Notes: generated by a model from the sequence alone, not told the origin. Numbered from the stretch's first letter, positions 18,452 to 26,815 are shown. The stretch: DNA of 64,000 nt from Lachnospiraceae bacterium (GCA_963649295.1 CAVJHK010000001.1:4636-68635); one strand, 5' to 3'. A program made the numbers and translations.

Positions 18452-20063
18452 ATGGGTGATAGGGAAATATATACGTTTGTCGCAGGCTGACCGTGATCTT
18501 ATGAAAAAGGAAAACAAGTCAGAGAGTGAGAGCGTGTCCCACCAGAAGGCGCTGATCCAGAATTTCATCAATGGGAATGCGGAACTGAGCGGATCGGAGC
18601 AGTATGAGTTTTTCGATGACGGTTATACCGGTACTAATTTCGAGCGACCTTCCTTTGAGCGACTGCTGGAAAAGATTAAGAAGGGTGAAATCAATTGTGT
18701 TGTGGTGAAGGACTTCTCGCGATTTGGCAGAAATTATATTGAACTGGGAGATTACCTGGAACGTATATTTCCATTCATGGGAGTGCGTTTTATCTCTATC
18801 AACGACCATTATGACAGCACAGATTACAAAGGAACCACCGGCGGACTTGACGTGGTTATGAAAAATATTGTTTATGATTATTACAGTAAGGATTTGTCGG
18901 TGAAGGTGAAGACAGCCAAGCGGCAGAAGATGAAACAGGGCAAATACCTTGGCGGTCATGTGCCTTACGGATATGTCAGATGTAAGGATGACGGAAACAA
19001 AATAGAACCGGATCCAGAAGCGGCAGCCATTGTCAGAGAAATTTTTGATGAAGCAATTGGAGGAATTCGCCCCACAGAAATCGGCAGGCTGATGAATGAG
19101 CGTGGTTATGAAACACCATCTGCCTATTACCGAAGGATGAACCCAAAGACAAAAAAGTTTGCAGATGCATCGGAATACAGATGTTGGGATATCAATTCCA
19201 TCAGAAGAATCCTTCAGAACAGGGTTTATTATGGCGCCGTGGTAGGACACAAGCGAGAACAGATTAGCGCCTGCAGCAGGCATTCAGTCAAAGTGCCGGA
19301 AGAAGAACAGGTCATTGTTGAAAATATGCATCAGGGAATTGTTACAAAGGAAGAGTTTCAGGCTGCACAGAAAATATTCCGCAGAAGATACGCTACGGAA
19401 GAAAAGAAGATTGAGAAGGATTATCCTCTTTACGGAAAAGTAAAATGCGGAGTCTGTGGCAGGGCGATGGCTTACCGTGCATATGGTTACAGGGGCAGGC
19501 GGTATAAATATTTTATCTGTCCACATGCCAAGAATCAGTTGGAGAACCAGTGCTGCAAACATTACATCCATGAAGAGATGTTGAATGGGATTGTGTGGCA
19601 GGCTGTTAAACAGCTTCTGGCTATGGCGGATATTGCGCAGAAGAAGATTCGGGACAAGGCGGCTGAGGCGAAGAATGACAATTTCATCCTTGCCCAGAAG
19701 CTGGCTGATCTGCAGAAGGACAAGGAAAAATGTGAGTCAGACAGATTTGCAAATGTGGATCTGTTCATGGCAGGAAGCCTGGATAAAGAAATCTACTTGG
19801 ACAGACGGCAGGAACTGAACCGGATGGCAGATGAAATCGAAAAGCGGATAGCTGAAATGGAGCAGAGCCTTAAAGCTGTTGAAACTGCCTCCGATGATGG
19901 CACGGCGGAAGCCCTGGGGAAGATGAAAAAGTTTTCTGGTGCAGAGCAGCTTGATCAGAAGATGGTACATGCACTGATTGACAAGGTACTGGTCACGGAC
20001 CCGGAGCACGTGGAGATCCGGTGGAAGTTTAAGGATGAGGTTGTGAAGTTTATAGAGGAATGA
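18435..20063 (+). CDS. large serine recombinase 3
   Basis: KYIRLSQADRD; VVKDFSRFGRNYIELG; FPFMGVRFISINDHYDS; Zn-ribbon CGVCGRAM...CPH. It overlaps recombinase 2 by 17 nt, and the start could be ATG 18444. Confidence 0.9.
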   Translation: MMIMSKWVIGKYIRLSQADRDLMKKENKSESESVSHQKALIQNFINGNAELSGSEQYEFFDDGYTGTNFERPSFERLLEKIKKGEINCVVVKDFSRFGRNYIELGDYLERIFPFMGVRFISINDHYDSTDYKGTTGGLDVVMKNIVYDYYSKDLSVKVKTAKRQKMKQGKYLGGHVPYGYVRCKDDGNKIEPDPEAAAIVREIFDEAIGGIRPTEIGRLMNERGYETPSAYYRRMNPKTKKFADASEYRCWDINSIRRILQNRVYYGAVVGHKREQISACSRHSVKVPEEEQVIVENMHQGIVTKEEFQAAQKIFRRRYATEEKKIEKDYPLYGKVKCGVCGRAMAYRAYGYRGRRYKYFICPHAKNQLENQCCKHYIHEEMLNGIVWQAVKQLLAMADIAQKKIRDKAAEAKNDNFILAQKLADLQKDKEKCESDRFANVDLFMAGSLDKEIYLDRRQELNRMADEIEKRIAEMEQSLKAVETASDDGTAEALGKMKKFSGAEQLDQKMVHALIDKVLVTDPEHVEIRWKFKDEVVKFIEE

Positions 20064-20474
20064 TGAAAAAAGGTGTTTGCTGTGGATTTGTATCTTGGGC
20101 AAGCATCTAATTTTCTTTTGTTAACTCTTCAAATGTTGTGTGGAGAATTTCAAAGAGTTTTTGATTTTCACTGGGAAAGATTGTAACGGTGCTGAAACTC
20201 GATGAGGTTCGCACTAATCAGATTTTTACTGCCAGTATCTGGACACAGTTTAGGTTTACATCACACTCTTCTGACCACTTATTTGAACCATTTTTTAATG
20301 GCTTGTGGTAATGATGCTTAAATTGAGCTGCAAAAAATGAGATAAAAGTGGAAAAATGCTAGATTTTTTTCGCCTAAGCGAGTAAAATGAATATAGATTT
20401 CTGAGCAATTCAACTGAAAGGTTGTGACGCAAAGCTAGAGAGTCTGTAAAATGGCAGCCATCTGCCACGTTGAT

Positions 20475-20502
20475 GCATTGCCAGAAATGGCAATGCTTTT
20501 TT
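20475..20502 (+). terminator. orphan rho-independent terminator
   Basis: Perfect stem gcattgcc / ggcaatgc, loop agaaat, then TTTTTT. There is no sizeable upstream ORF on this strand. Confidence 0.65.
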
Positions 20503-20522
20503 GAAAGGTAAGTATAAAAAGC

Positions 20523-20738
20523 GTGATAGAAGGATATACAACTGTAAAAGAAATCGCAGAACGGTGGGATTTAAAGCCAAGAACAGTACAAATAATGTGC
20601 GCTGAAGGCCGCATAGAGGGTGCGGTAAAGTTTGGACGAGATTGGGCTATTCCTAAGGATGCAGCTCGTCCTGGAGATGGCAGAGTTACTTCTGGAGAAT
20701 ACAAGGATTATAGAAAAAATAAGAAAAATAGTTTGTAA
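20523..20738 (+). CDS. helix-turn-helix DNA-binding protein (excisionase/MerR-like HTH)
   Basis: The pattern TVKEIAERWDLKPRTVQIMCAEGRIEGAVKFGRDWAIPKDA also occurs at the N-terminus of the 39890 product (RRVNQLCNEGKIKGARKIGGVWKIPEDS). GTG start. Confidence 0.7.
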   Translation: MIEGYTTVKEIAERWDLKPRTVQIMCAEGRIEGAVKFGRDWAIPKDAARPGDGRVTSGEYKDYRKNKKNSL

Positions 20739-20818
20739 GAATTCTTTTTTGGGGGTATAAGCAGTTACCGAGATGTCTATAAGGACATCTTAAACATATA
20801 AACAAGGAAAAGGAGACA

Positions 20819-21229
20819 ATGATTATGGGTATGTTTGATTTCAAACGTTGCGATGGATTCGTAGGAAGTATTCCACAGAAATTTATTGACACTAAGTTTC
20901 CCAAGTGTCCTATGTGCGGAACAAATGAGCCTTATTGGAAACTTAAGGATAAGATGGAGATGATGGGAAATCGTACAATGTTTCTTTGCGATAAGTGCGG
21001 AGCTATCCTTTCTGCAACGACGGCTGATCTCTCTGGAATGTCAAAAAGTAAAGCATCGGTTTTAACAACAGCAGGTATGTTTAATGCAATTGGAAAGAAG
21101 GCTAGCGGAAAGTCAGTTGCAACTACATATATTAAAGTTGAAGAAGTTGGTAATGCTCAAACAACAAAAGTATATGAAGGAAAGGAAATGCCAATAGAGG
21201 AACTGCAGGCACTTGCGGAAAGCCTTTAA
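20819..21229 (+). CDS. Zn-ribbon protein, unknown function
   Basis: CPMCG...x26...CDKCG cysteine pairs with AAGGAGA upstream. The start may be ATG 20825. Confidence 0.6.
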   Translation: MIMGMFDFKRCDGFVGSIPQKFIDTKFPKCPMCGTNEPYWKLKDKMEMMGNRTMFLCDKCGAILSATTADLSGMSKSKASVLTTAGMFNAIGKKASGKSVATTYIKVEEVGNAQTTKVYEGKEMPIEELQALAESL

Positions 21230-21246
21230 TTGACTGAAAGCAGATT

Positions 21247-21717
21247 ATGGCAAAGTTAGTTTTCTTACGTCGAACTGAAAAAGAGATACAGGTATTTGGT
21301 GGGGATGTCTATATTGATATAGATGGAAAAAATGTTGGTATCTTGTCAAGAGCAAACCAAGAGTACAATATTCAGGCGGGACAGCATACTATTAAAATGT
21401 ATAAGTCACATACCTATGATACGTTTATTGGCTTTGCCGAATCTACAATTACGGTTGAAGAAAATGAGCAGCTTATGGTGCGGTATGCCGCACCTATGGC
21501 TGCGAATCAGCCTGGAAATCTTATTATCTCCCCATATGATCCTTCAAAAGAAAGCGAAATTCTTAGGGCGCGGGAGAATACCATTCAACGGGATTTTGCT
21601 GCAGATGAACATAGAAAACAAGAACAAAACAATAAATATAATACCGGAGTTATGATATTTATTGCTTTCATAATTATAGATGCAATCATATGGGCTGTTT
21701 GGATGGCATCAATATAA
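21247..21717 (+). CDS. tail-anchored membrane protein, paralog A
   Basis: 156 aa with a beta-rich N-domain (MAKLVFLRRTEKEIQVFGGDVYIDIDGKNVG...), a charged linker and a single C-terminal TM. It is clearly paralogous to the next gene. Confidence 0.65.
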   Translation: MAKLVFLRRTEKEIQVFGGDVYIDIDGKNVGILSRANQEYNIQAGQHTIKMYKSHTYDTFIGFAESTITVEENEQLMVRYAAPMAANQPGNLIISPYDPSKESEILRARENTIQRDFAADEHRKQEQNNKYNTGVMIFIAFIIIDAIIWAVWMASI

Positions 21718-21736
21718 ATTGAGAGGTACTAAGAAC

Positions 21737-22210
21737 ATGGCAAAGCTAGTATTTTTACAGAGAACACAAAAGGAAATTGAAATTTTTGGCGGTGAAGTGT
21801 TTTTTGACATTGACGGAAAGAATGTGGGAAAACTTACTACCGTTAATCAGACTATTGAGCTGCCTGCAGGTGAGCATATGGTCAAGATGTATAAGTCACA
21901 TACATTTGATACTTTCATAGGTTTTGCAGAGCAAACTATTTCTTTATCAGAGAATGAATCGCTCATGGTTAAGTATTCGGCGCCTATGATGGTGAGTCAG
22001 CCTGGTAATATGGTTATTTCTGAGTATTCAGAACAGAAACAAGTAGAGGCTGTGAAAGCACGCGAGGAAATGATTCAACGCGACTTTGTTAATGAACAAA
22101 ATAAAAGAAAAGAAGCTGATGAAAAATACAAAAATGGAGTATGGATTGTCATTGGTATTGCTGTTGCTATTGGAATTATTTATGGCATAATGATGGCATC
22201 TATGATGTGA
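21737..22210 (+). CDS. tail-anchored membrane protein, paralog B
   Basis: ATG 21737 follows GAGAGG. MAKLVFLQRTQKEIEIFGGEVFFDIDGKNVG... has the same architecture as 21247-21717. Confidence 0.65.
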   Translation: MAKLVFLQRTQKEIEIFGGEVFFDIDGKNVGKLTTVNQTIELPAGEHMVKMYKSHTFDTFIGFAEQTISLSENESLMVKYSAPMMVSQPGNMVISEYSEQKQVEAVKAREEMIQRDFVNEQNKRKEADEKYKNGVWIVIGIAVAIGIIYGIMMASMM

Positions 22211-22211
22211 T

Positions 22212-22532
22212 ATGTATCTATTTTGTACATTAGCTGTTGCGGCTCTTTTAGGCTTAATACCTGCTAACATAGCTAAAGATAAAGGCTATAGCTTCGGCCT
22301 TTGGTGGTTCTATGGTTGGATGCTTTTTATAGTCGCAATAATTCACGTTCAATTTATACCTGATAAAAATGCAGATAGTGGTTCTGGATATAGACCAAAT
22401 TCGATACCGTATACACCACCAACTCAACTGAGTGCAGCGGACGAATTAAAGCAATATAAGGATTTACATGATCAAGGGATAATTACAGAAGAAGATTTTG
22501 AAAAGAAAAAGAAGCAGATTATGGGTATCTGA
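22212..22532 (+). CDS. membrane protein with C-terminal SHOCT domain
   Basis: Two N-terminal hydrophobic helices. The C-terminus ELKQYKDLHDQGIITEEDFEKKKKQI matches the SHOCT short oligomerisation motif. Confidence 0.7.
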   Translation: MYLFCTLAVAALLGLIPANIAKDKGYSFGLWWFYGWMLFIVAIIHVQFIPDKNADSGSGYRPNSIPYTPPTQLSAADELKQYKDLHDQGIITEEDFEKKKKQIMGI

Positions 22533-22538
22533 TAATAA

Positions 22539-22563
22539 GCCGGGGTGATACCCCGGCTTTATG
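22539..22563 (+). terminator. hairpin terminator or attenuator
   Basis: gccggggt gat accccggc (8-bp GC-rich stem) followed by TTTATGTAT, which is a weak U-tract. Confidence 0.5.
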
Positions 22564-22577
22564 TATATGGAGGGGAA

Positions 22578-23180
22578 ATGCAGGGAAATATATTTGAGTA
22601 TAAAAAACCTATATATGAAATCGGGTTACCTAAGGATTTAGAATCAACTATATGGGACTTTTATGTAACAAGATCTTTTGCGAATAGTGCGTCTCAAAAG
22701 AGGACAGTAAAAGATTTCGGAATTAAACAAATTCCGTTTAAGAAAATGATGCAGAAGGCTGAAATAACAGATGATAATTGTAAGATATTAACCTGTACCA
22801 CAATGAAAAAGGCTCTTGCTGATTTAAAATTAGAAGTCGAAGGAAAAGATGAAAGAGGCAATAAGACTACGATTGAAATTGACTTTGATACACCACGAAT
22901 TTGTTGCTTACAGTCTTTTACAGTAAATGAGGATATTAAAGTTGTTCCTAGTGGTTCACAAGCAGATTGTATACTTACCCACATTAGAAATTCATTTGCC
23001 CATGGAAACACATATTTCTTTGATAATGGAAATGTACTGTTAGAGGACAAGGATCGTGGTAAAGTTACTGCTAGAATGCTTATTGCGGTTGAAAGTCTAA
23101 TAGATTGGATAAAACTAATAGATAGCTCGCACATAGTGTATCCAGAACTATTTAAAGACTCAGACCTAGATAGTCGATAA
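22578..23180 (+). CDS. HEPN-motif protein (candidate RNase), 200 aa
   Basis: ATG 22578 follows GGAGGGG. The motif THIRNSFAHGN is R-x4-H with the flanking N and AH residues typical of HEPN families. The ORF-track GTG at 22545 lies inside the terminator hairpin. Confidence 0.55.
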   Translation: MQGNIFEYKKPIYEIGLPKDLESTIWDFYVTRSFANSASQKRTVKDFGIKQIPFKKMMQKAEITDDNCKILTCTTMKKALADLKLEVEGKDERGNKTTIEIDFDTPRICCLQSFTVNEDIKVVPSGSQADCILTHIRNSFAHGNTYFFDNGNVLLEDKDRGKVTARMLIAVESLIDWIKLIDSSHIVYPELFKDSDLDSR

Positions 23181-23435
23181 TGTAAGATGGCTTGTTGATG
23201 AATTCCAAAAAGACGGTAGCACCATACTAAAACATGTTTGGATTTCATATAATAATTTTATCTGTAATTTATATCAGAAAAGTGATTTTAAGAAAGATGA
23301 GCATCGACACTGGCTTCTACATGGAAAATCAGATTTTGAGATTGAGGAAATCGATTGTTTGCGTTTATTTAATGCAGTTGAAAGTTTGTGCATGGTAGTG
23401 AAAAAAGGAGAATGAGATAAGAAAGTAGAGTGGTT

Positions 23436-23460
23436 TTATGCCATCCAAATTATGGCATAA
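23436..23460. repeat. perfect 9-bp inverted repeat (ttatgccat N7 atggcataa) at the helicase breakpoint
   Basis: Read directly. It ends about 10 nt before helicase-like sequence begins. Confidence 0.9.
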
Positions 23461-23478
23461 AAATCTTTTAGACCTATC

Positions 23479-25302
23479 TTGACATACGCTGATGAATGTC
23501 ACCATGCAGCTGCGGAAACATACAAAAAAATTATAGGATATTTTGAGCCGGAGTTTTTGCTTGGGCTTACGGCAACACCGGAGCGACTTGATAATCAGGA
23601 CGTATTTGAATTGTTTGACCACAATGTTCCGTATGAATTGCGACTTAGAGATGCAATTGCAAATGATTTGGTCGTTCCTTTTAAATATTATGGTATACGG
23701 GATGAGCTGATTGACTATGGTTTATCACAAACGGAAGAGCGTAAAATGATTGCGCAGCTTGCAAATGCTGATCATTGCGACTTTGTTGCCGCTCAAATTG
23801 AAAAATACCGCCCACAGGGAAAATTAAAGGCGCTTGCATTTTGCCGCAATATTACTCATGCGAGGATGATGGCGGAGGCGCTCGGAGAAAAATATAAAAC
23901 GGCTTATCTTACGGGGAAAAATGATATCGGCGAACGTGTCCGAGCATATAATGACCTGCAAAGCGATTCGGAAGCACTTGAAATTTTGTTTTCTGTAGAC
24001 ATTTTGAATGAGGGTGTTGATATTCCAGGCGTTAACATGGTGCTTTTTTTGAGACCGACGGAATCTACCACAATTTTTATTCAGCAACTTGGACGCGGAC
24101 TTCGTAAGTATACAAATAAGACGTTTGTAACGGTGCTTGATTTTATCGGAAACAGTTATAAAAGAAGCGTACAGATTGCATTTGCCTTAGGGTCACTATC
24201 GGAAAATTTTGTTATGGAAAAACGCCTTATGGCATCGCTTGTAAAAGATGATTTTAAAGCACTTGGACTTACGGAATACGGCGTTGAAATTCATATTGAC
24301 GATTTAAGCAAAGAGGAAATTCTTGAATATATTGATAAAGAAAACTTTAATGCGATAAAGTATTTAAAACAGGATTATTTTAATTTTAAAAAGTATATCG
24401 GAGCTGAATTTTACCCGAAGCACGTTGATTATATTAATAATGATTGCGCACCGGATCTTATTCGTTTTATGAGCGTAAAAACAGAAGGTAAGAAGAATTG
24501 CAGTTATTATAATTTCCTTAAAGGCATAAATGAAGAAAATCTTCCGATTTTTACTGAAAGTCAGGTCAATTTTATAAATTATTTGTCGGGATTTTTGCCT
24601 CTTGTAAGGCAGCATGAATATTATATTGTGAAATTATTGCTTACAGGAAGCAAAACATTTGATGAAACGGCGAAATATCTTAGAGAAAATATAAAGGATT
24701 TTAAAAATGAAGAGCTTGAGCATGCGCTTGAATTTTTGAAAATAGTAAAAAAGGACGGCATTGTGCTTACTCTTGACGTAAAAATTGATGATCAGTTTTT
24801 GGAATATACGGAAGATTTAATCGAATATGGACTTATACGATATTCGGTTGATAATGGTGAAGAAACAGGATTCAAGCTTTGGCAAAATTACCGCATGGAT
24901 CAGGTTCAGCTGAAACTGCTTAAAAATCCTGCACATAACCAGGTTGGAACATATTATTATGATGATTTTGTCGTTATATTTGCATCCCTTAAAAAGGATT
25001 TAGACGAGGCTGATAAATTAAATTATAAGGATAAATTTTTGCAGGCGGACATTTTTCAATGGGAATCGATGACGAATCTTCCTGGTTCCGATTTGCAAAA
25101 ACTGAAAAATAGTATATTTGCATATGTTTTTATCAGAAAGGTTAATTCGGAAAACGGGCTTGTGCTTCCGTTTACATATGTAGGAAAGGGAAAGTTGACA
25201 AATCCCCGTAAAACCGATGCCGGCAACGGAACATATCTTTTTGATATTCATATGGAAAATAGTTTGCCTGACTATTTGCAATACGATTTTGGCTTGACTT
25301 AA
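23479..25302 (+). pseudogene. SF2 DEAH-type helicase with DUF3427-like C-terminal domain, 5-prime truncated
   Basis: Translation starts at motif II (ADECHH), followed by motif III (GLTATPER), the helicase C domain (DILNEGVDIPGVN, QQLGRGLR) and a long C-terminal domain. There is no Walker A / motif I, and an in-frame stop lies at 23458-23460. Confidence 0.65.
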
Positions 25303-25314
25303 AAGGAGCACCAA

Positions 25315-25701
25315 ATGAAAACAATTCATGTTGCGGCGGCTGTAATCTGTTCTTCCGGACGTATTTTTGCGACGGAGCGCGGGTACGGCGAATTTAAAGG
25401 AAAATGGGAATTTCCGGGCGGAAAGCCGGAATACGGGGAAACTCCCGACGCCGCATTAAAAAGAGAAATAAAGGAAGAACTTGATACGGAAATAGAGGTG
25501 CTTGATTTAATCGATACGGTTGAATATGATTATCCCGAGTTTCACCTTACAATGGATGTATTTGATTGCAAAATAATTTCCGGAAATCTTATTTTAAAAG
25601 AGCACATGGCGGCAAAATGGCTTGATAAGGACTCTCTTTACAGTGTCGAGTGGCTGCCGGCGGATTTGTGTATGATTGAAAAGATAAAAAGAATTATGTA
25701 G
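25315..25701 (+). CDS. NUDIX hydrolase (MutT-like)
   Basis: Nudix box GKWEFPGGKPEYGETPDAALKREIKEELD. RBS AAGGAG. Confidence 0.85.
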   Translation: MKTIHVAAAVICSSGRIFATERGYGEFKGKWEFPGGKPEYGETPDAALKREIKEELDTEIEVLDLIDTVEYDYPEFHLTMDVFDCKIISGNLILKEHMAAKWLDKDSLYSVEWLPADLCMIEKIKRIM

Positions 25702-25822
25702 ACAAATATGATAAATTGATGTATTAAAACATTGATAAACAGACAAATATGGCATGTTAATTACAGAATGTAAAAAAACAATTTCCTGTAATGGAATATT
25801 AACCTAACGAAAGGACATCACT

Positions 25823-26383
25823 ATGAACAGAAAAAATTTTGGACCGAAACCCTATTCCCTTCCGCAGCCTGTGTTTATTATTGCGTCTTATGACGAAACA
25901 GGTGTTCCGTGCGCAATGAATGCGGCATGGTGCGGGATAAGCGAGCAGACGGAAGTGAGCCTTTGTCTCTCTGAGGGACACAAGACAACAAAGAATATTT
26001 TGAAAAAGAAAGCCTTTACAATCAGTATGGCGGATGCGGCACATGTTTCCGAATGTGATTATTTTGGCATTGCGTCGGGCAACGATGTGGATAACAAAAT
26101 CAAGCATGCCGATATGACGGTCACCAAGAGCGAAAATGTCGACGCTCCGATTATCAATGAACTTGCGGTATGTATGGAGTGTAAATTTGTTTCTTATGAT
26201 CCCAAAACCTGCATTATGAAGGGCGAAATCGTAAATGTGAGTGTTGACGAAAATGCTCTCACAGACGGCAAGGCGGATATCAAAAAAATAGCGCCGATTA
26301 CCTTTGATCCGTTTAACAATGCCTATCATGTTATCGGCGAAAAGGTTGGAGACGCCTGGAAATCGGGCAAAAAGTTTTTGTAG
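25823..26383 (+). CDS. flavin reductase-like (FMN-binding split-barrel) protein
   Basis: The N-terminal pattern PQPVFIIASYDETGVPCAMNAAW is typical of the flavin reductase family. Confidence 0.7.
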   Translation: MNRKNFGPKPYSLPQPVFIIASYDETGVPCAMNAAWCGISEQTEVSLCLSEGHKTTKNILKKKAFTISMADAAHVSECDYFGIASGNDVDNKIKHADMTVTKSENVDAPIINELAVCMECKFVSYDPKTCIMKGEIVNVSVDENALTDGKADIKKIAPITFDPFNNAYHVIGEKVGDAWKSGKKFL

Positions 26384-26467
26384 GGAAATTTTGGAACAAT
26401 ACAAAAATCCCTTGCGTGAAACTTTGGAAATAATACAAAATTTCTACGGAAAAACGAGTGAAACACT

Positions 26468-26815
26468 ATGGAAAATGTGATTATTATAATAATTCTTGTT
26501 GCTGCGGTTACAGCAGGTATTTTTTATGCCGTACGTCATTTTGCGGGAAAAAGCGGCTGCTGCGGAAGCGGCGACTTAAAAGTTAAAAAGAAAAAGCTTT
26601 CGCATGTGTTATATAAGCGCAACTTTAAAGTCATGGGCATGCACTGCAAGCACTGTAAGGGGCGTGTCGAAGAAGTGGTAAACGACATAACGGGCGTTGC
26701 GGGTACGGTGAAACTTAAAAAAGGACTTCTTACCGTATCCTACGAAACGGATGTTGACGACAGCGTGATATTGACGGCGCTTACACGTGCGGGATATGAA
26801 GGGGAACGAATATAG
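26468..26815 (+). CDS. heavy-metal-associated (HMA) domain protein with N-terminal TM
   Basis: MGMHCKHCKGRVEEVV metal-binding CxxC motif and a hydrophobic N-terminus. Confidence 0.75.
   Translation: MENVIIIIILVAAVTAGIFYAVRHFAGKSGCCGSGDLKVKKKKLSHVLYKRNFKVMGMHCKHCKGRVEEVVNDITGVAGTVKLKKGLLTVSYETDVDDSVILTALTRAGYEGERI

Larger units (their letters stand above)
1..20100 (+). mobile_element. prophage right arm (structural, lysis and recombinase modules); extends beyond the left window edge
   Basis: Contiguous co-directional phage modules with visibly higher GC than the rest of the window. The right boundary is uncertain. It is either just after the last recombinase, or near 23460 if the cargo cassette belongs to the element. 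Confidence 0.8.

Noticed and set aside
15121-20063. Interpretation of the three recombinases as small invertases controlling an invertible segment (shufflon-like)
   Set aside because: All three are over 530 aa with Zn-ribbon and coiled-coil domains, so they are of the large serine recombinase/integrase type. I saw no flanking inverted-repeat-bounded invertible segments.
15150-20102. Minus-strand ORFs across the recombinase genes (15262-15651, 16309-16827, 18011-18571, 18519-19283, 19737-20102)
   Set aside because: They are antisense to three recombinase CDSs with clear catalytic motifs and have no independent support.
20435-20704. 89-aa minus-strand ORF overlapping the HTH gene and the orphan terminator
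   Set aside because: It overlaps a plus-strand gene that has a recognisable HTH motif, and it runs through the terminator hairpin. It has no RBS.
22545-22577. GTG 22545 as the start of the HEPN-motif gene
   Set aside because: The codon lies inside the GC-rich hairpin at 22539-22563. ATG 22578 has a GGAGGGG RBS at proper spacing.
22694-23248. 184-aa minus-strand ORF opposite the HEPN-motif gene
   Set aside because: It is an antisense shadow with no RBS.
25799-26404. 201-aa minus-strand ORF opposite the flavin reductase gene
   Set aside because: The plus-strand product matches a known family, and the minus-strand product is Arg/Cys/Phe-rich junk.
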